A DNA stretch of 25,369 bases from Vicugna vicugna (Eukaryota). The stretch covers positions 1,116,001 through 1,141,369 of the forward strand of contig MU058824.1 in NCBI GenBank assembly GCA_013265495.1, given 5' to 3'. Positions 10,900 to 21,330 of this stretch are shown here, in pieces; within the stretch, counting starts at the first letter, position 1, and every line of letters begins with the position of its first letter. Both the position numbers and the translations under genes were made by a program. The notes under the pieces are model-generated. The model did no database searches. It was not told the origin of the DNA and saw nothing but the letters and a program-made list of their open reading frames with translations.

Positions 10900-11060
10900 A
10901 AACAACCTTATGTACAATACCTTGTAGCATTTTTTTTTAAATTGTTGTGCTGGGGACAGAAGGGCGAAGCCATCAGACACACTTTGCGTCTTTGCATAGC
11001 TTGCAGTCTGGTGGGGGAGCCAGAAGTTAGTCAAATGATTCCACAAATTGCAAATGTGCC
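10900..11060 (-). mobile_element. L2 3' fragment
   Basis: TGTGCTGGGGACAGAAG...CAGACACA...CATAGCTTGCAGTCTGGTGGGGGAG...AGTCAAATGATTCCACAAAT resembles antisense L2. Confidence 0.5.
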
Positions 11061-11079
11061 ACAGTGGATAAGATCTTGG

Positions 11080-11268
11080 ACTTTGGAGGTAGGTAAACTC
11101 AGGATCTAGGACCTGCTGATCCACGTAAGCTCTCAGAGGCTCTGCTCATCTGTCAAATGTGGACGTATAATAGCCTTACCTCATAGGGATGTTGTAATGT
11201 GTGCGAGATGCTTAGCACAGTGCCCTGCACATAGTGAGCGCTCACTAGATGTTCGCTATTGTTATTCT
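11080..11268 (+). mobile_element. MIR SINE
   Basis: CTCATCTGTCAAATGTGGA...TACCTCATAGGGATGTTGT...GCTTAGCACAGTGCCCTGCACATAGTGAGCGCTCACTAGATGTTCGCTATTGTTATT. Confidence 0.85.
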
Positions 11269-11285
11269 TAGTACAGTCGACAGAG

Positions 11286-11306
11286 CAGCAGCAGCAGCAG
11301 CAGCAG
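11286..11306. repeat. (CAG)7 trinucleotide microsatellite
   Basis: Seven perfect CAG units counted directly. Confidence 0.95.
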
Positions 11307-11869
11307 TAAGAGCAGGATGAAGGGAAGACAAAAGTTGTAAGAATTTATAACGGGGCAGGGATGGGGGAGGTCTCATTTAGATGATGGGTCATGAAATCTT
11401 TGGGGAAGAGTCAGTGGGAACAAAAAGAACATTAGTCTCCAGGAATTTACAAAAACCATGGGGCTGAGTTGGATCCCACCAGTGCATGGCACCAGTGTTC
11501 TAGCTGAGCTTAGCTGGATCTCAGGGGCCAGGAGACCCCCGCCAACTGACATCTGAGGTGAATTATAAAGCCGAGGCCCCTCACCCACCCCATTCTGCCC
11601 CTCTGTCAGCAGGTGCGAGCAGCCCTGCAGGAGCTAATGAAATGTTTACTGAAAAGATTAGCTTGTCAGTGGAGCTGGACAGATGCTATCGATTCTCTGC
11701 TCATCTGTCATCCCTGCCGCATCTGAGACTAGGTGTGGGAGCAGATTTCCTCTGACCCAGAACCGGAAACGATGTCAGCAACATGCAAAGGTCTCTTAGA
11801 TCTGTGATGTGGTCGGAGTGGTCTCCAAGTCACTGGAAGTCCCCTCAGATTACTGAGCTCTGGGATTAT

Positions 11870-12040
11870 GAAAAGAGCATAGGAAGTCTCGGGCAGGAGT
11901 TCAAATCCTGCCTTATTTATTTTGTGACCTCAGACTGTAAGACTCAGTTATTCTCATCTGTAAATGGGGGAAATAATTCCTACCTCATGGAAGTGTGTCA
12001 TGACTTAAATCAAGAAATGGCCATCAAAGTTCTAAGACCC
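11870..12040 (+). mobile_element. MIR SINE
   Basis: GAGTTCAAATCCTGCC...TGTGACCTCAG...CTCAGTTATTCTCATCTGTAAATGGGGGAAATAATTCCTACCTCAT. Confidence 0.85.
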
Positions 12041-12184
12041 AACATTGTTAAAGGGATGTTTGATTTTTAAAAATGAGAAAATTGAGGCTGAGCTGAGCAC
12101 TCTTCTCTTGTCCTACTCCATGGATTTTTCTAAAGTGTAACCCCATTTGGTTGTCTTGAGGAATCTGGCTTGGAAGATGTTCTG

Positions 12185-13600
12185 AAGAGCTTGACCTTTG
12201 ACCTGAGGGCAGTGCTGAGCCACTGAAGGGTGCAACTTGATAAAATATGAGTTTAGCAAGATCACTCTGGCAGTAAGGAGTTAAGACTGGAATTTGTCAC
12301 AGCCCAGGTAATGACAGTAGGAATACGGAGGCCACTTGGAGACTGAATGTATATGGCTTGATGACTAATTGATTGACTTACTGGACAGAGAGATGGGGGT
12401 GGGATGGCTTCCGGGTTCCTGGTGGCACTTCCCATGAGATGGGGAGCCCTAGAGGAGGGGCAGATGAAGGGAAGATAATGAGCTTATTTTGAACATGTTG
12501 AGTGTGAGATGCTTAGGAGACTCTCAAGTGAGATGTCTGCCAGGTGGTGGGAGATGAGCCCATTGCCCAGGAGTCAGATCTGGACTCTGTATGTTCGGGA
12601 GCCCCGTTATCATCCTCATCATCATCATTGTTGTTATCACTGTCCTCATCATCAAGTTGGTAGTAGAAACCACCAGAGTGGATGGGAGAATGCTGCCCAT
12701 GGAGAATGGCGGAGACAGACAGAAAAGAGATGCCTGCAAAAGGAAGAGCAGTTCCAGGATAGCCAAGGGAGAGTGAGTTCTGGGAAAGAGGGAGGGAGTG
12801 ATCGACAGTAGAAAATTATACAAAAGGGTCATATTAAAAAAGAAAAAAACAAAAACAAAAACATATCTCCTGGCTTTGGTAACAAGGAGCTAATTTTGAA
12901 CTTAGGAAAGACCATTTCTCTGGGGCAATTGAGAGTGGGTGGGAGACTGAGAATATGTGAGTGGAGATGTCTCAACACCAAGAGGAAGAGGAGGGAGGGA
13001 GAGAAGGAAGGAGAGAGGCTACAGCTGGGGGACCGTAGGGGAAAGCAGGGTCTTTTAGGATGGGAGTCACCTGAGAGTCTTCCAATGTGTGGAAAGAATC
13101 CAGGAGAGAGTGAGATGGTCAAGGCTGAGGGGAGAGAGAGGAGCAAGGCCCCGAGGAGACACAGACTCAGAGCCCAGGCGGGGGACCCAGACACTTCTGC
13201 AACCAAAGAGCAGCCCTGCAGACTGGGTAGGCTGAATCCCAGCAGGAAGGAAGGGGAGCTAAGCAGAACCCCTTCTCCATGGCATCTGTTTTCTTGGGAA
13301 GGGAGGTGAGGCTGTCTGATGACAGGGAGGAATGGGTTAGGGGCTTGAGGCAAGTCAGAAAGCTGTGAAACAGTTGCTGTGGGTTTGGAAGAGACAGAGA
13401 GAGAGCTTATGTCGGGCACATAAAAGGACTGCCAGGCCGGGCAGAGGCCCAGCTAGGATGGAGACCATGAATGTGCACAGGGAGAGAAGCACTGGGTCTG
13501 AGTGATGCCCAGGATTCAAACGTGCAGGACGTGGAAATGGATGACAGGTAGAGGGGAGGGAGGAGTGTCTGCCAGGACCCTCAGGTGCTGGGCTGGGGGA
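12185..13600 (-). mobile_element. L2 LINE internal fragment(s)
   Basis: Purine-rich + strand with antisense L2 hallmarks GAGCCACTGAAGGGT, TTTAGCAAGATCACTCTGGCAG, TTTTGAACATGTTGAGTGTGAGATGC, TGGCTTTGGTAACAAGGAG and GGATGGAGACCATGAAT. Right boundary uncertain. Confidence 0.65.
12608..12654. repeat. Degenerate (ATC)n low-complexity repeat
   Basis: TATCATCCTCATCATCATCATTGTTGTTATCACTGTCCTCATCATC. It explains the His/Ile/Met runs in overlapping ORFs. Confidence 0.85.
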
Positions 13601-14614
13601 CATGGATGCCATTCAACTCAACTGCACACTTGGGCAGGGACTGGGAGCAAGTCTGGAAGGGAGTTTCAGAGCCGGCTGCCCAGAGACTCTGCTTCCCACT
13701 GGTGAGCAGGTACCCCACCCTCCTCATCCCCTCTTCGAAGCCTCTTGCTTTTCACCCTTTCAGTTGCCATGAAAGTTGCCAAACTTGATTGTCTGGCATC
13801 TGGAGACCAGAGCGGATGCTGCCTCTGCATTTCAGTCTGTCTCCAGTGCACAGAGCAGAGAGAGGCCCAGCCAGGGACGCAGCCAGGTGCTATCTGAACC
13901 TGAACTGACCCTGGGCAGTTCTCGTCCTGTTTCTCTGCTTCAGTGTCCACATCTAGACAATAAGAAGATTGTTTCCAGAAAATTCCGAGGAACCGGGTCA
14001 GTGCAGACATCCTTCAAAGTGAAGTTTCACTTACAAGTGTGTTTTTTTTTTAATAACCTGAGGTGTGGGAGGGGAGGGAGAGGACACCCCAGAGCCGAGC
14101 TCAGAAACACAAACCCGTGGTTAGCAGCGAATCGTCTAAACAAGATCTGGATGTGCACCGTTTCCTGTTAATTAATGGCTTCTCTTGGGGTTATTAAGTT
14201 AGACTGGGTAGGTGTGTGGCCTTTCTTTCTACTGCCCTTCCTATTAACAGGCACTTTGCTTGGTAAATGTTAATTTAGAGTAATTGGGCGTGCAGATGAG
14301 GGACGGGAGCAGGGGAGGGGGGACAGTGCTCCCTCTACTGTAGGTTAATTGCTAGTAAGTGCCGTTCCTGCAGCAGCCCTGGTCTCCAATGATTAATGGC
14401 TTTGGAGTCCAGGCTGAAACTCCTGAGCGCCAGCAGAGGCTTAACCCCTCAATGACCGAGATGAAGACAGAAAAATCTCAGCAGGTCTTCCTGGTTTCTG
14501 AGCAAGACCTGTGGTGTAATCCTCATATGCAAGACTGTAAGTCAGACCTCTTCTCACTGGTATGTTCTGAGAGTCCGCTCTCCATCAAGATAATGTTGGA
14601 AAGATACTTCATGC

Positions 14615-15030
14615 CACCATAGCGTTAGCTAACACCTCTATCCCACCGTGTAGTTACTATGGTAAGAACATTTAAGAACTACCCTCTTAGCACCTTTCAA
14701 GGGTATAATACAGTATTATTAGCTATGATCACCATGCTGAGCACTTGGCCCCCAAAAGTCGTTAATTGTAACTGGAAGGTATACCTTTGGACCAGCATCT
14801 CCCCGTTTCCCCCACCCCTCAGCTCCTGATAACAACTATTCTACTGTGTTTCTGTGAATCTGGCTTTTTTAGATTCCACATATGCATGATACACGTGTGA
14901 AATACATATACAGAATTCGTCTCTTTCTGTCTGACTACTTTCATTTAGCATAATGCTCTCAGTGTTCGTCCATTGCAAAGTTGTTGCAAATGGCAGGATT
15001 TTCTTCCTTCTCATGGCTAAATAGTACCCC

Positions 15031-15065
<35 letters not shown>

Positions 15066-15255
15066 ATAAATATCACATCATCTTTATCCATTTATCCTCT
15101 GATGGACACTTGGGTTGTTTCCTTATCTTGGCTATTGGTGAATAATGCTGCTATAAATACAGGAGTACAGATATCTCTTTGAAATCCTGTTTTCATTTCC
15201 TTAGGATATAGACCCAGAAGTGGGATTACTGGATTACATGTAGTTCTGTTTTTAA
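14615..15255 (-). mobile_element. L1 3' end (L1MA9/10-like)
   Basis: GGTAAGAACATTTAAGAACTACCCTCTTAGCACCTTTCAA...TTTTTAGATTCCACATATG...TTGCAAATGGCAGGATTTTCTTC...CCCAGAAGTGGGATTACTGGAT. Minus-strand ORF 14841..15032 resembles the L1 ORF2 C-terminus (YYLAMRRKKILPFATT). Confidence 0.85.
15033..15063. repeat. (TG)n microsatellite inside L1
   Basis: Directly visible perfect TG run. Confidence 0.95.
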
Positions 15256-16149
15256 AAGATATTTATTCCACAAGAATCTCCATCCCCGCGGTGCTCTGAG
15301 ACTGATCCCATTCACCCCACCCCCAATATACACACCTTTTCCCTCCCTCCTCCGACCTAGGTGGATTCCTGGCTTCTCCCTTCTTTTTAGAAAGGGTAGA
15401 AAGTCCCGTGGAGATGCTGTGCAATCTCCTTCACAAGATCAATTCAGGGCACTGGAATCGAGCATAGGGACTGGCAGTGAGGGAAGGGAAAATGGGCAGA
15501 GAGCAGAGAGACCATTCAAGGAGCGTTCAATAATCAGGTGCATTCTCCAGCTGCGATGTCTGCACTCAGAGCTTCCTCAGGCAGCACCAGGGCTGGGATA
15601 AGTGCTGAGCCCACTGGGCAGCCACTGGAGCACCAACTCTTGTCATGCAAAGACCTGGAAAGCTACAAGCTCCGGAAAAATGGATTTACTGGAATTCCTC
15701 ACAAGGAGATGATTCTGTGTGGTCACAACACTTCAATAAGTCTCTCTTTTTTAGGTGGGGGAGGAGTAATGAGGCTTCTGAGGGACATGCTTGCAAGAAA
15801 CCATCTCAGAGCGGAGTGAGTTGAGTTTTGGTTTCACTAGGGGGGTGGTGGGCATGTTTGGAGGTAGAACCCAGTTAGTCGGCATAGAAGAGGAGAAGCT
15901 GAGTGAGGGCTGTCAGCAGTAGTCCCCCTTCTGAAATGGAGCTTGGCCTCTTTAAACTACAGCTGTTCGGTACAGCACCATTTATGTAAACGTGGAGGGG
16001 GCTACATGTACGTACGGAGGTGTGTGTATATGCACATGCGTGCACTTGTGCGTGCGTGTCTCTGTTGGTCTAGGCATGAAATATCCCTGGAAGAACCCGG
16101 CAACATGTCCCCATTGGTTGCCTCTGGGGAGGAGATCTGAGTAGCCTCG

Positions 16150-16612
16150 GGACCGTCTCAGGAGATAGGATTGGCTGCTTTAAGAAGTGACCCCAGAATC
16201 CGAAGCTAAAACAAGAAGGCATTTCATTTCTCTCTCACAAACCAGGGCTGGGAGAGCGGGGAGAAAGGGTCAGGGACTCCCCAGGCTCCTTGCTTTCCAC
16301 TACTCTGCTTTCCTGACAGTGCTGCCCTCCTCTGTCTGGGCAAAGCTGCCTCCCACCGTGTCTGCATTCCAGCCAGTAGGAAAGGGGAAATCAAGGAAGC
16401 AGAAGGCACATCCAGGCCATTTCGAGGAGCCATGGGGAGCTTGAGCAGCTGCTTCTGCTCACCTGCCGTTGACTAGAACTCAGTCACTTGGCCACACCCA
16501 GGAAGTGTCCTCCTTAGCTGAGAAGTCAGGAGCCCAGCTTAAACTTGGAGCTTTATTTCTAAAGAAAGAAGAGGAGACTAGGTATAAGGGGACAGTTAGT
16601 AGTCTTTATCTG
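16150..16612 (-). mobile_element. Solo LTR, LTR33-like (ERVL class)
   Basis: GATAGGATTGGCTGCTT...TAAAACAAGA...ATTTCTCTCTCAC, TCTGCATTCCAGCCAGTAGGAA, CTTCTGCTCAC...TTGACTAGAACTCAGTCACTTGGCCACACC, CCCAGCTTAAAC...GAAGAGGAGA. Reverse orientation relative to 6300-6765. Confidence 0.7.
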
Positions 16613-16769
16613 GAACAGGATAAAAGGGATTTTTTTACTTTATGTATCTGTCTTATACCTTTGGAACCTCATAAATTAAGAATAAGTTTCAAGTTTGAAA
16701 ACCTTATTATATTAAAAAAATTTTTTTAATTTCCATGCATCCTTTAGAAACCTTCTTATATTAAAAGTT

Positions 16770-18830
16770 ACAAACTGAGCACATACATCTACCTCTCCAC
16801 CATACCATGGGCCCATCTGAGGTATTTTTTAAAGAGTTAAGTCACATCAGTGCCAGAAAATAAGAGAGCGTGCCAGCAGATCAGAGAGTCTGCGAAAATG
16901 TAGGAAGCTGGAAAGCAGGTGAGATCAGACTGAGAAGGCACAAAGGCAAACCATACCTCAAACACCAGGACCAAGAACTTCCTTCTCAAGGGCATTCCAC
17001 AGAAGCTTCAAACTCAGAGCTGAGAACTAGAAAACAGAAACACAGGGCATCATCAGGAGAATTGAGCGGAGAACCCCATACACTGTTCCTCAGCCTGTTT
17101 GGGCCCTGACTTTTCTCCTCCCCGCTCCCCCTCCCAACATACCTTCAACCCACAAAAAGCAACTGGTAATAGAAATTTTGTCTCTTGAGTCCCTAGGATC
17201 CAAGATTTATTCTCCAAAAAATGCGGGTGATCTATCCAGGAAGAGATCCTAATGTGGGTGTTGGAACTCAAGAGAGAAGCAGAATAGAGCTTAGAATCGC
17301 TCCAGACATCCACAACAGACACATATGTCAGGGGTAGGAGGGTGTTTCTCTGCCCAAGAGGAAAACACAGTAAAGTGTTCCAGTGCATTCTTTAAACCTC
17401 TCTGGACGTTGGCAAGGGTGGGCAGCCCCAGGTTGCAATGGAGAGGCAAAGCCTGCCGATGACACAGTCCGACCGCTGACAGGCCCGTAGCCAGCCCTCC
17501 CTTCAAGGGAGAGGCCTCCTGGGAAATGGGCCTGACCAGCTACCTAGACAAATGAGCCTTGTCTTTCATGTATGAAAGTAGATGAACAGCCACGGGCCAC
17601 CAAACATTTCAGGGAAACCAAGAGCATGAAGGAGCTAAACAGAGATGAATAAATGGGAGCTATCTCAAAAAAAAAAAAAAGACACAGTAGGGAACATTCA
17701 AGAAGAAACTGCTGACTTTGGAGAGATTTGAAAGAATGCTAAATCTCGAACACAAGAGCTAGGTGCCATTCAAGGAGCCATAGGAGAGTAAGAAATTATT
17801 TCTGGAAATTTAAAATGATTATCAACATTTAAAAAAAACCAACAAACAGAGGAATAAAAGAATGGTCGAGACTAAAACCTAGACCAGTTATCTGGAAGGC
17901 CATGAAATCTCTTTGCACACGAGGAAAACACAAAGCAGTGAAAAGTGAAAGACAAGTCCAGAGACAGAGGAAAGATCCAGGAGGTCACATCCATTCATTC
18001 AACAGGAGTTTGAGAAAGAACCAAAATAAAAGGGGAGGGTGTTGGGGTGGATCAAAGACATAATAGAACATTTTTCTGAGCTAGGGAAGACACAAATTGT
18101 CAGATTGGAAGAGCCCACCAGGTATGAAGCAGGACGAATAAAAACAAGATCCACTCCTAGACACTTGTAGAAATGTCAGAACTCCCAAGGGCAATGATAC
18201 AGTCTTAAAAGCTTCCAGAAAGGGGAAAAAAAAAAAGAGGTCAGCTACAAAGGAATAAGAATCTAACATCAGACTTCCCATCAGAAACACTTTTAAACCA
18301 TGTCTTTAAATTTCCAAGGGAATGTGAATTTGAGCCTAAATTACACTCCAGGCCAAACCAGCCATCAGTGGGGAGAAGATATTTTCAGTTCTGCAAGGAA
18401 AGCTTGTAACAGATGTATTCAGATTTACAAATTACTCAGGGAGGGACTTGAATAAAGAAAAAGGGATAGAAGAATGAGATTTCAGGAAACATGAGATTCA
18501 AACAAACTAATAAAAAATACTGATAGCTCAGTAAAAGTGAGGAAAATAAAAGTGAAAGTAAAAGCTTTGAACCTTGACAATTGTGTGGTTAAGTGTTAAG
18601 TACAAGTGATTTTCTTTCTTTCTTTATAGATTTGATCACATTTTGTTCTGTAGTGATTAATATTTACATAACCACAATATGGTAACATGCTATTTTTATT
18701 TGGTTTAAGTATTCAGAAGTTCAAGCCTTAGAAGACTTGCCTGTATAGTTCCGGAACAGAATGTAAATGTTATAAACCGTGCAAGTGGGAAGAATGAAGA
18801 TCTAATGTACTGATGGAGAGGAACACACAC
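16770..18830 (+). mobile_element. HAL1 (half-L1)-like element with decayed L1 ORF1-like region
   Basis: 5' motifs TGAGCACATACATCTACCTC and GGAAGCTGGAAAGCAG. ORF1-like peptides in order within about 18100-18290: QIGRAHQ, STPRH, VLKASRK, VSYKGIRI, SDFPSET. 3' motifs AATATTTACATA and GAACAGAATGTAAATGTTAT. No ORF2 follows. Confidence 0.65.
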
Positions 18831-19076
18831 AATGTGAAGAAGCAAACGTAAGCTGTAGAATAATAGAAAGAGTATGACCCCCCCATGTGTATGCCCAGGA
18901 GACTTACGGTTTTTGGTGAGGCCCTGAACAAAAACAACTGGCTGAGGAAAAAGGACTGCGTTTTATGGAACCCACAATCTAAAGCTAGAGAGAAACCTCA
19001 GCTGCTCTGAATCTTATAAAAACAAAACAAAACAACAACAAAACACCCCATAGACCAAAGAGCAATGAAAGATCAA

Positions 19077-19094
19077 CACTGCCATCTACTGAGG
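19077..19094 (-). promoter_or_regulatory. Candidate CTCF binding site
   Basis: Minus strand reads TCAGTAGATGGCAGTG, 15/16 to the core CCASYAGRKGGCRSYR. Motif only. Confidence 0.5.
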
Positions 19095-19949
19095 ACTTCT
19101 TGGAGAGTAGACTAAATTGGAATGCTTTTTGTTTTGTTTTGTTTTATTTTATAAATAACAGTGCCTTTTGAGACTTGCACAGACCTGAAATCTACTTTAT
19201 CTTCTCCGGGAGCCTGGATTAGTAGCAATATAAGTAAGAACTCGGGATCATACAGAGAGATGCTTGGGAAGCCTGGACAACAGTTCAAGACATGGAGTTT
19301 GTTCACCCGGGCAAAGAGCCGACCCAAGGGACATGCTCCCAGTTTCTGCCGTGGCTATACTGGGGCAAAGGCCTGGTGTGTGGGGCCGATGAGAAGGAGT
19401 GATAGGGTACTAGGGAGACCTTTTAATAAGTATTACTTTCTAAAAATAACTTACATTGTGCCCTGGAATAAGGGATGCACCCCTGGTCACTTGGAGAGGC
19501 AGTGGAAGCCTCTATCCTGGAAGTGGCAGAAGGGCTGTCTGTGTGTGTGAGAGTTGCTGGAGCCCATGGCCCCAGCATGCAGGTGTCCAGCAAGTACTCA
19601 TCGGGTGTCTTTATATGTCACAGACCGTGCAAGTCCCTACACCCTGAGTCACAGATCTGACTTACAGAATGACTCAAGCATAGCCGAGGCACCAAGAAGT
19701 CCAAGAGGAACCAAGCTATATACCTGGTGAGGCATCCTGCCAAACTCAACCTGTGTTTAAGCCAGCGCTGGACTTCCGTACCATGCTTACCGATGCTTAG
19801 GACACATTCCTTAAAAACCCAGGCCCTGCAGCCTAACAAACCAAACTCCTGTTCCTTTTTGAAGTAAAGGTTGAAAATATTAACACCGCAATAAGATCAA
19901 AGCAGACTTCGTTCACTTACTGGCTTAAGAAAGAAACAAAACAAAACCT

Positions 19950-20015
19950 GTATTAGAATCACAAAATATTAGAGCTGGAAAGACTTCCAAAATCATCTGG
20001 TTCACTAAACTCATA
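19950..20015 (-). mobile_element. MIR3/MIR tail fragment
   Basis: TAGAATCACAAAATATTAGAGCTGGAAAGACTTCCAAAATCATCTGGTTCA matches the antisense MIR3/L3-derived tail. Confidence 0.6.
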
Positions 20016-20569
20016 AGCTGGGCTGAGGTTGGGGATATTGTCAATAAGAATTCTGGTTGCTTTTTAATTTGGAAGGACAGGACAAGAAAAGAAACAGAAG
20101 ATGAATAACAGACACAGAATTTGTTTTAAATATTTATTGAGCATGCAAAAATATTCTTTCACTTTAAATAATTTAAATCAAAAGGCCCCAACTTCCATCT
20201 TAGAACCAAGCACCAAGCACCTCTAAGGAGAGCCTTTTTTTTTTATTTTTTAATGACATCAAGTATGAGAAGAGTACAAAGAATACAAAGAAAGGAAAAT
20301 GGAAAATGTTCATGGAATAAGTAAACAGAATAGCAAGGGGGAAAGCTCTCCAGAGATTGGTGGGGTGGTGGGTAAGGACAAAGTAAAAGGTCTTCTCTAA
20401 GAAGACCTGAGGGACTTGGGGGCTGGAATGCCTTTATAAAAAGCTGGCAGACCCTCTACTGCGGGATTCCCCAGGGCGAAGGACTTTGCTCCTACAAAGG
20501 AAATAGCCATCTCCATAGCCGGCTTCTGTCTGATCAGTTATGTTCTTTAAGGATTCCTTTAATTAGATG

Positions 20570-21325
20570 TTTATTCATTCAACAAACTCTTCTGTTTCGA
20601 GAAGAGTTTGCTCTGCTCTGCTCTGCTCTGCTCTGCTCTGGACTAGGCAAGAGGTTCACCAAAATGGATGAGCTATGGTCCTCATTCTTGAGGTATTCAT
20701 ATCTAGTGGGCAGAGAGAGCCCTGGGAACCACTCCAGGACGTAACATTTATACAAGTTGGAAGGGTCTGTGTAATGTGTGTGACCTGCCATGTCTTCCTA
20801 CACAGAGTGTGGAGGAGACACAAAGAGGACTCCCTGAAGAAGCGGGGTTGTGCTTCTGACAGGACGCACCAAACTCAGTCCACGCTCCCGGAGAAGCCCA
20901 GGGTCTCAGTGGACTTAGCATCCAAATCGTCCTGGAACCTATTATGTGAGTTCTGATAATAGGTCCTTTGAAAGGGAAAGATGTGAAAACTATCTGCTTC
21001 CTTGAAGGTGAAGAGGGAAGGGGTCCTCTAAATCTCCAAGGGATTAAACCAGGAATGAAGTGCATTTAGAAGTTGAGCCCAGTGACCTGGAAATACTGCC
21101 GGGGATCAGTGATCTACCAACAGGCAGTGTGAGTGAATGTGGAGGAAACGACTTGTGAGCTGGGCTTTGGGGATGATTCAGTTAGCAAGGCAGAGGGCAG
21201 GGAAAATATTGTCCCGGTAGCAAGCAGAGCCTGAGCGAAGTGGTAAGAAGCAGGGCAGGCTGGGAATATCGGGTGATTCAGCAGAACCAGCGCAGAAAAT
21301 ATGCCGGATTGGAAGTGTGGCAGAA
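20570..21325 (-). mobile_element. L2 3' region fragments (discontinuous)
   Basis: Tail TTCATTCAACAAAC, then ATGGTCCTCATTCTTGAGGTATTCATATCTAGTGGG, and later GTGAGCTGGGCTTTGGGGATGA...GCAGAGCCTGAGCGAAG. Confidence 0.5.
20611..20640. repeat. (CTCTG)6 pentanucleotide microsatellite
   Basis: Six perfect units counted directly. Confidence 0.95.
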
Positions 21326-21330
21326 GATCA

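Noticed and set aside
11286..11306. (CAG)7 as a polyglutamine exon
   Set aside because: Directly follows a MIR tail, with no ORF or splice context.
12509..12832. His-rich and hydrophobic ORFs
   Set aside because: Artefact of an (ATC)n low-complexity tract within L2.
12829..13419. Longest ORF (196 aa, minus strand)
   Set aside because: Ser/Pro/Leu-rich translation of a pyrimidine-rich decayed L2 region, with no recognisable domain.
16003..16060. Alternating purine-pyrimidine tract (Z-DNA-prone)
   Set aside because: Degenerate (CA/TG)-type microsatellite, common in mammalian DNA.
6300..16612. Two LTR33-like LTRs as ends of one provirus
   Set aside because: Opposite orientations, about 10 kb apart, with no retroviral internal sequence between them. 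Independent solo LTRs.
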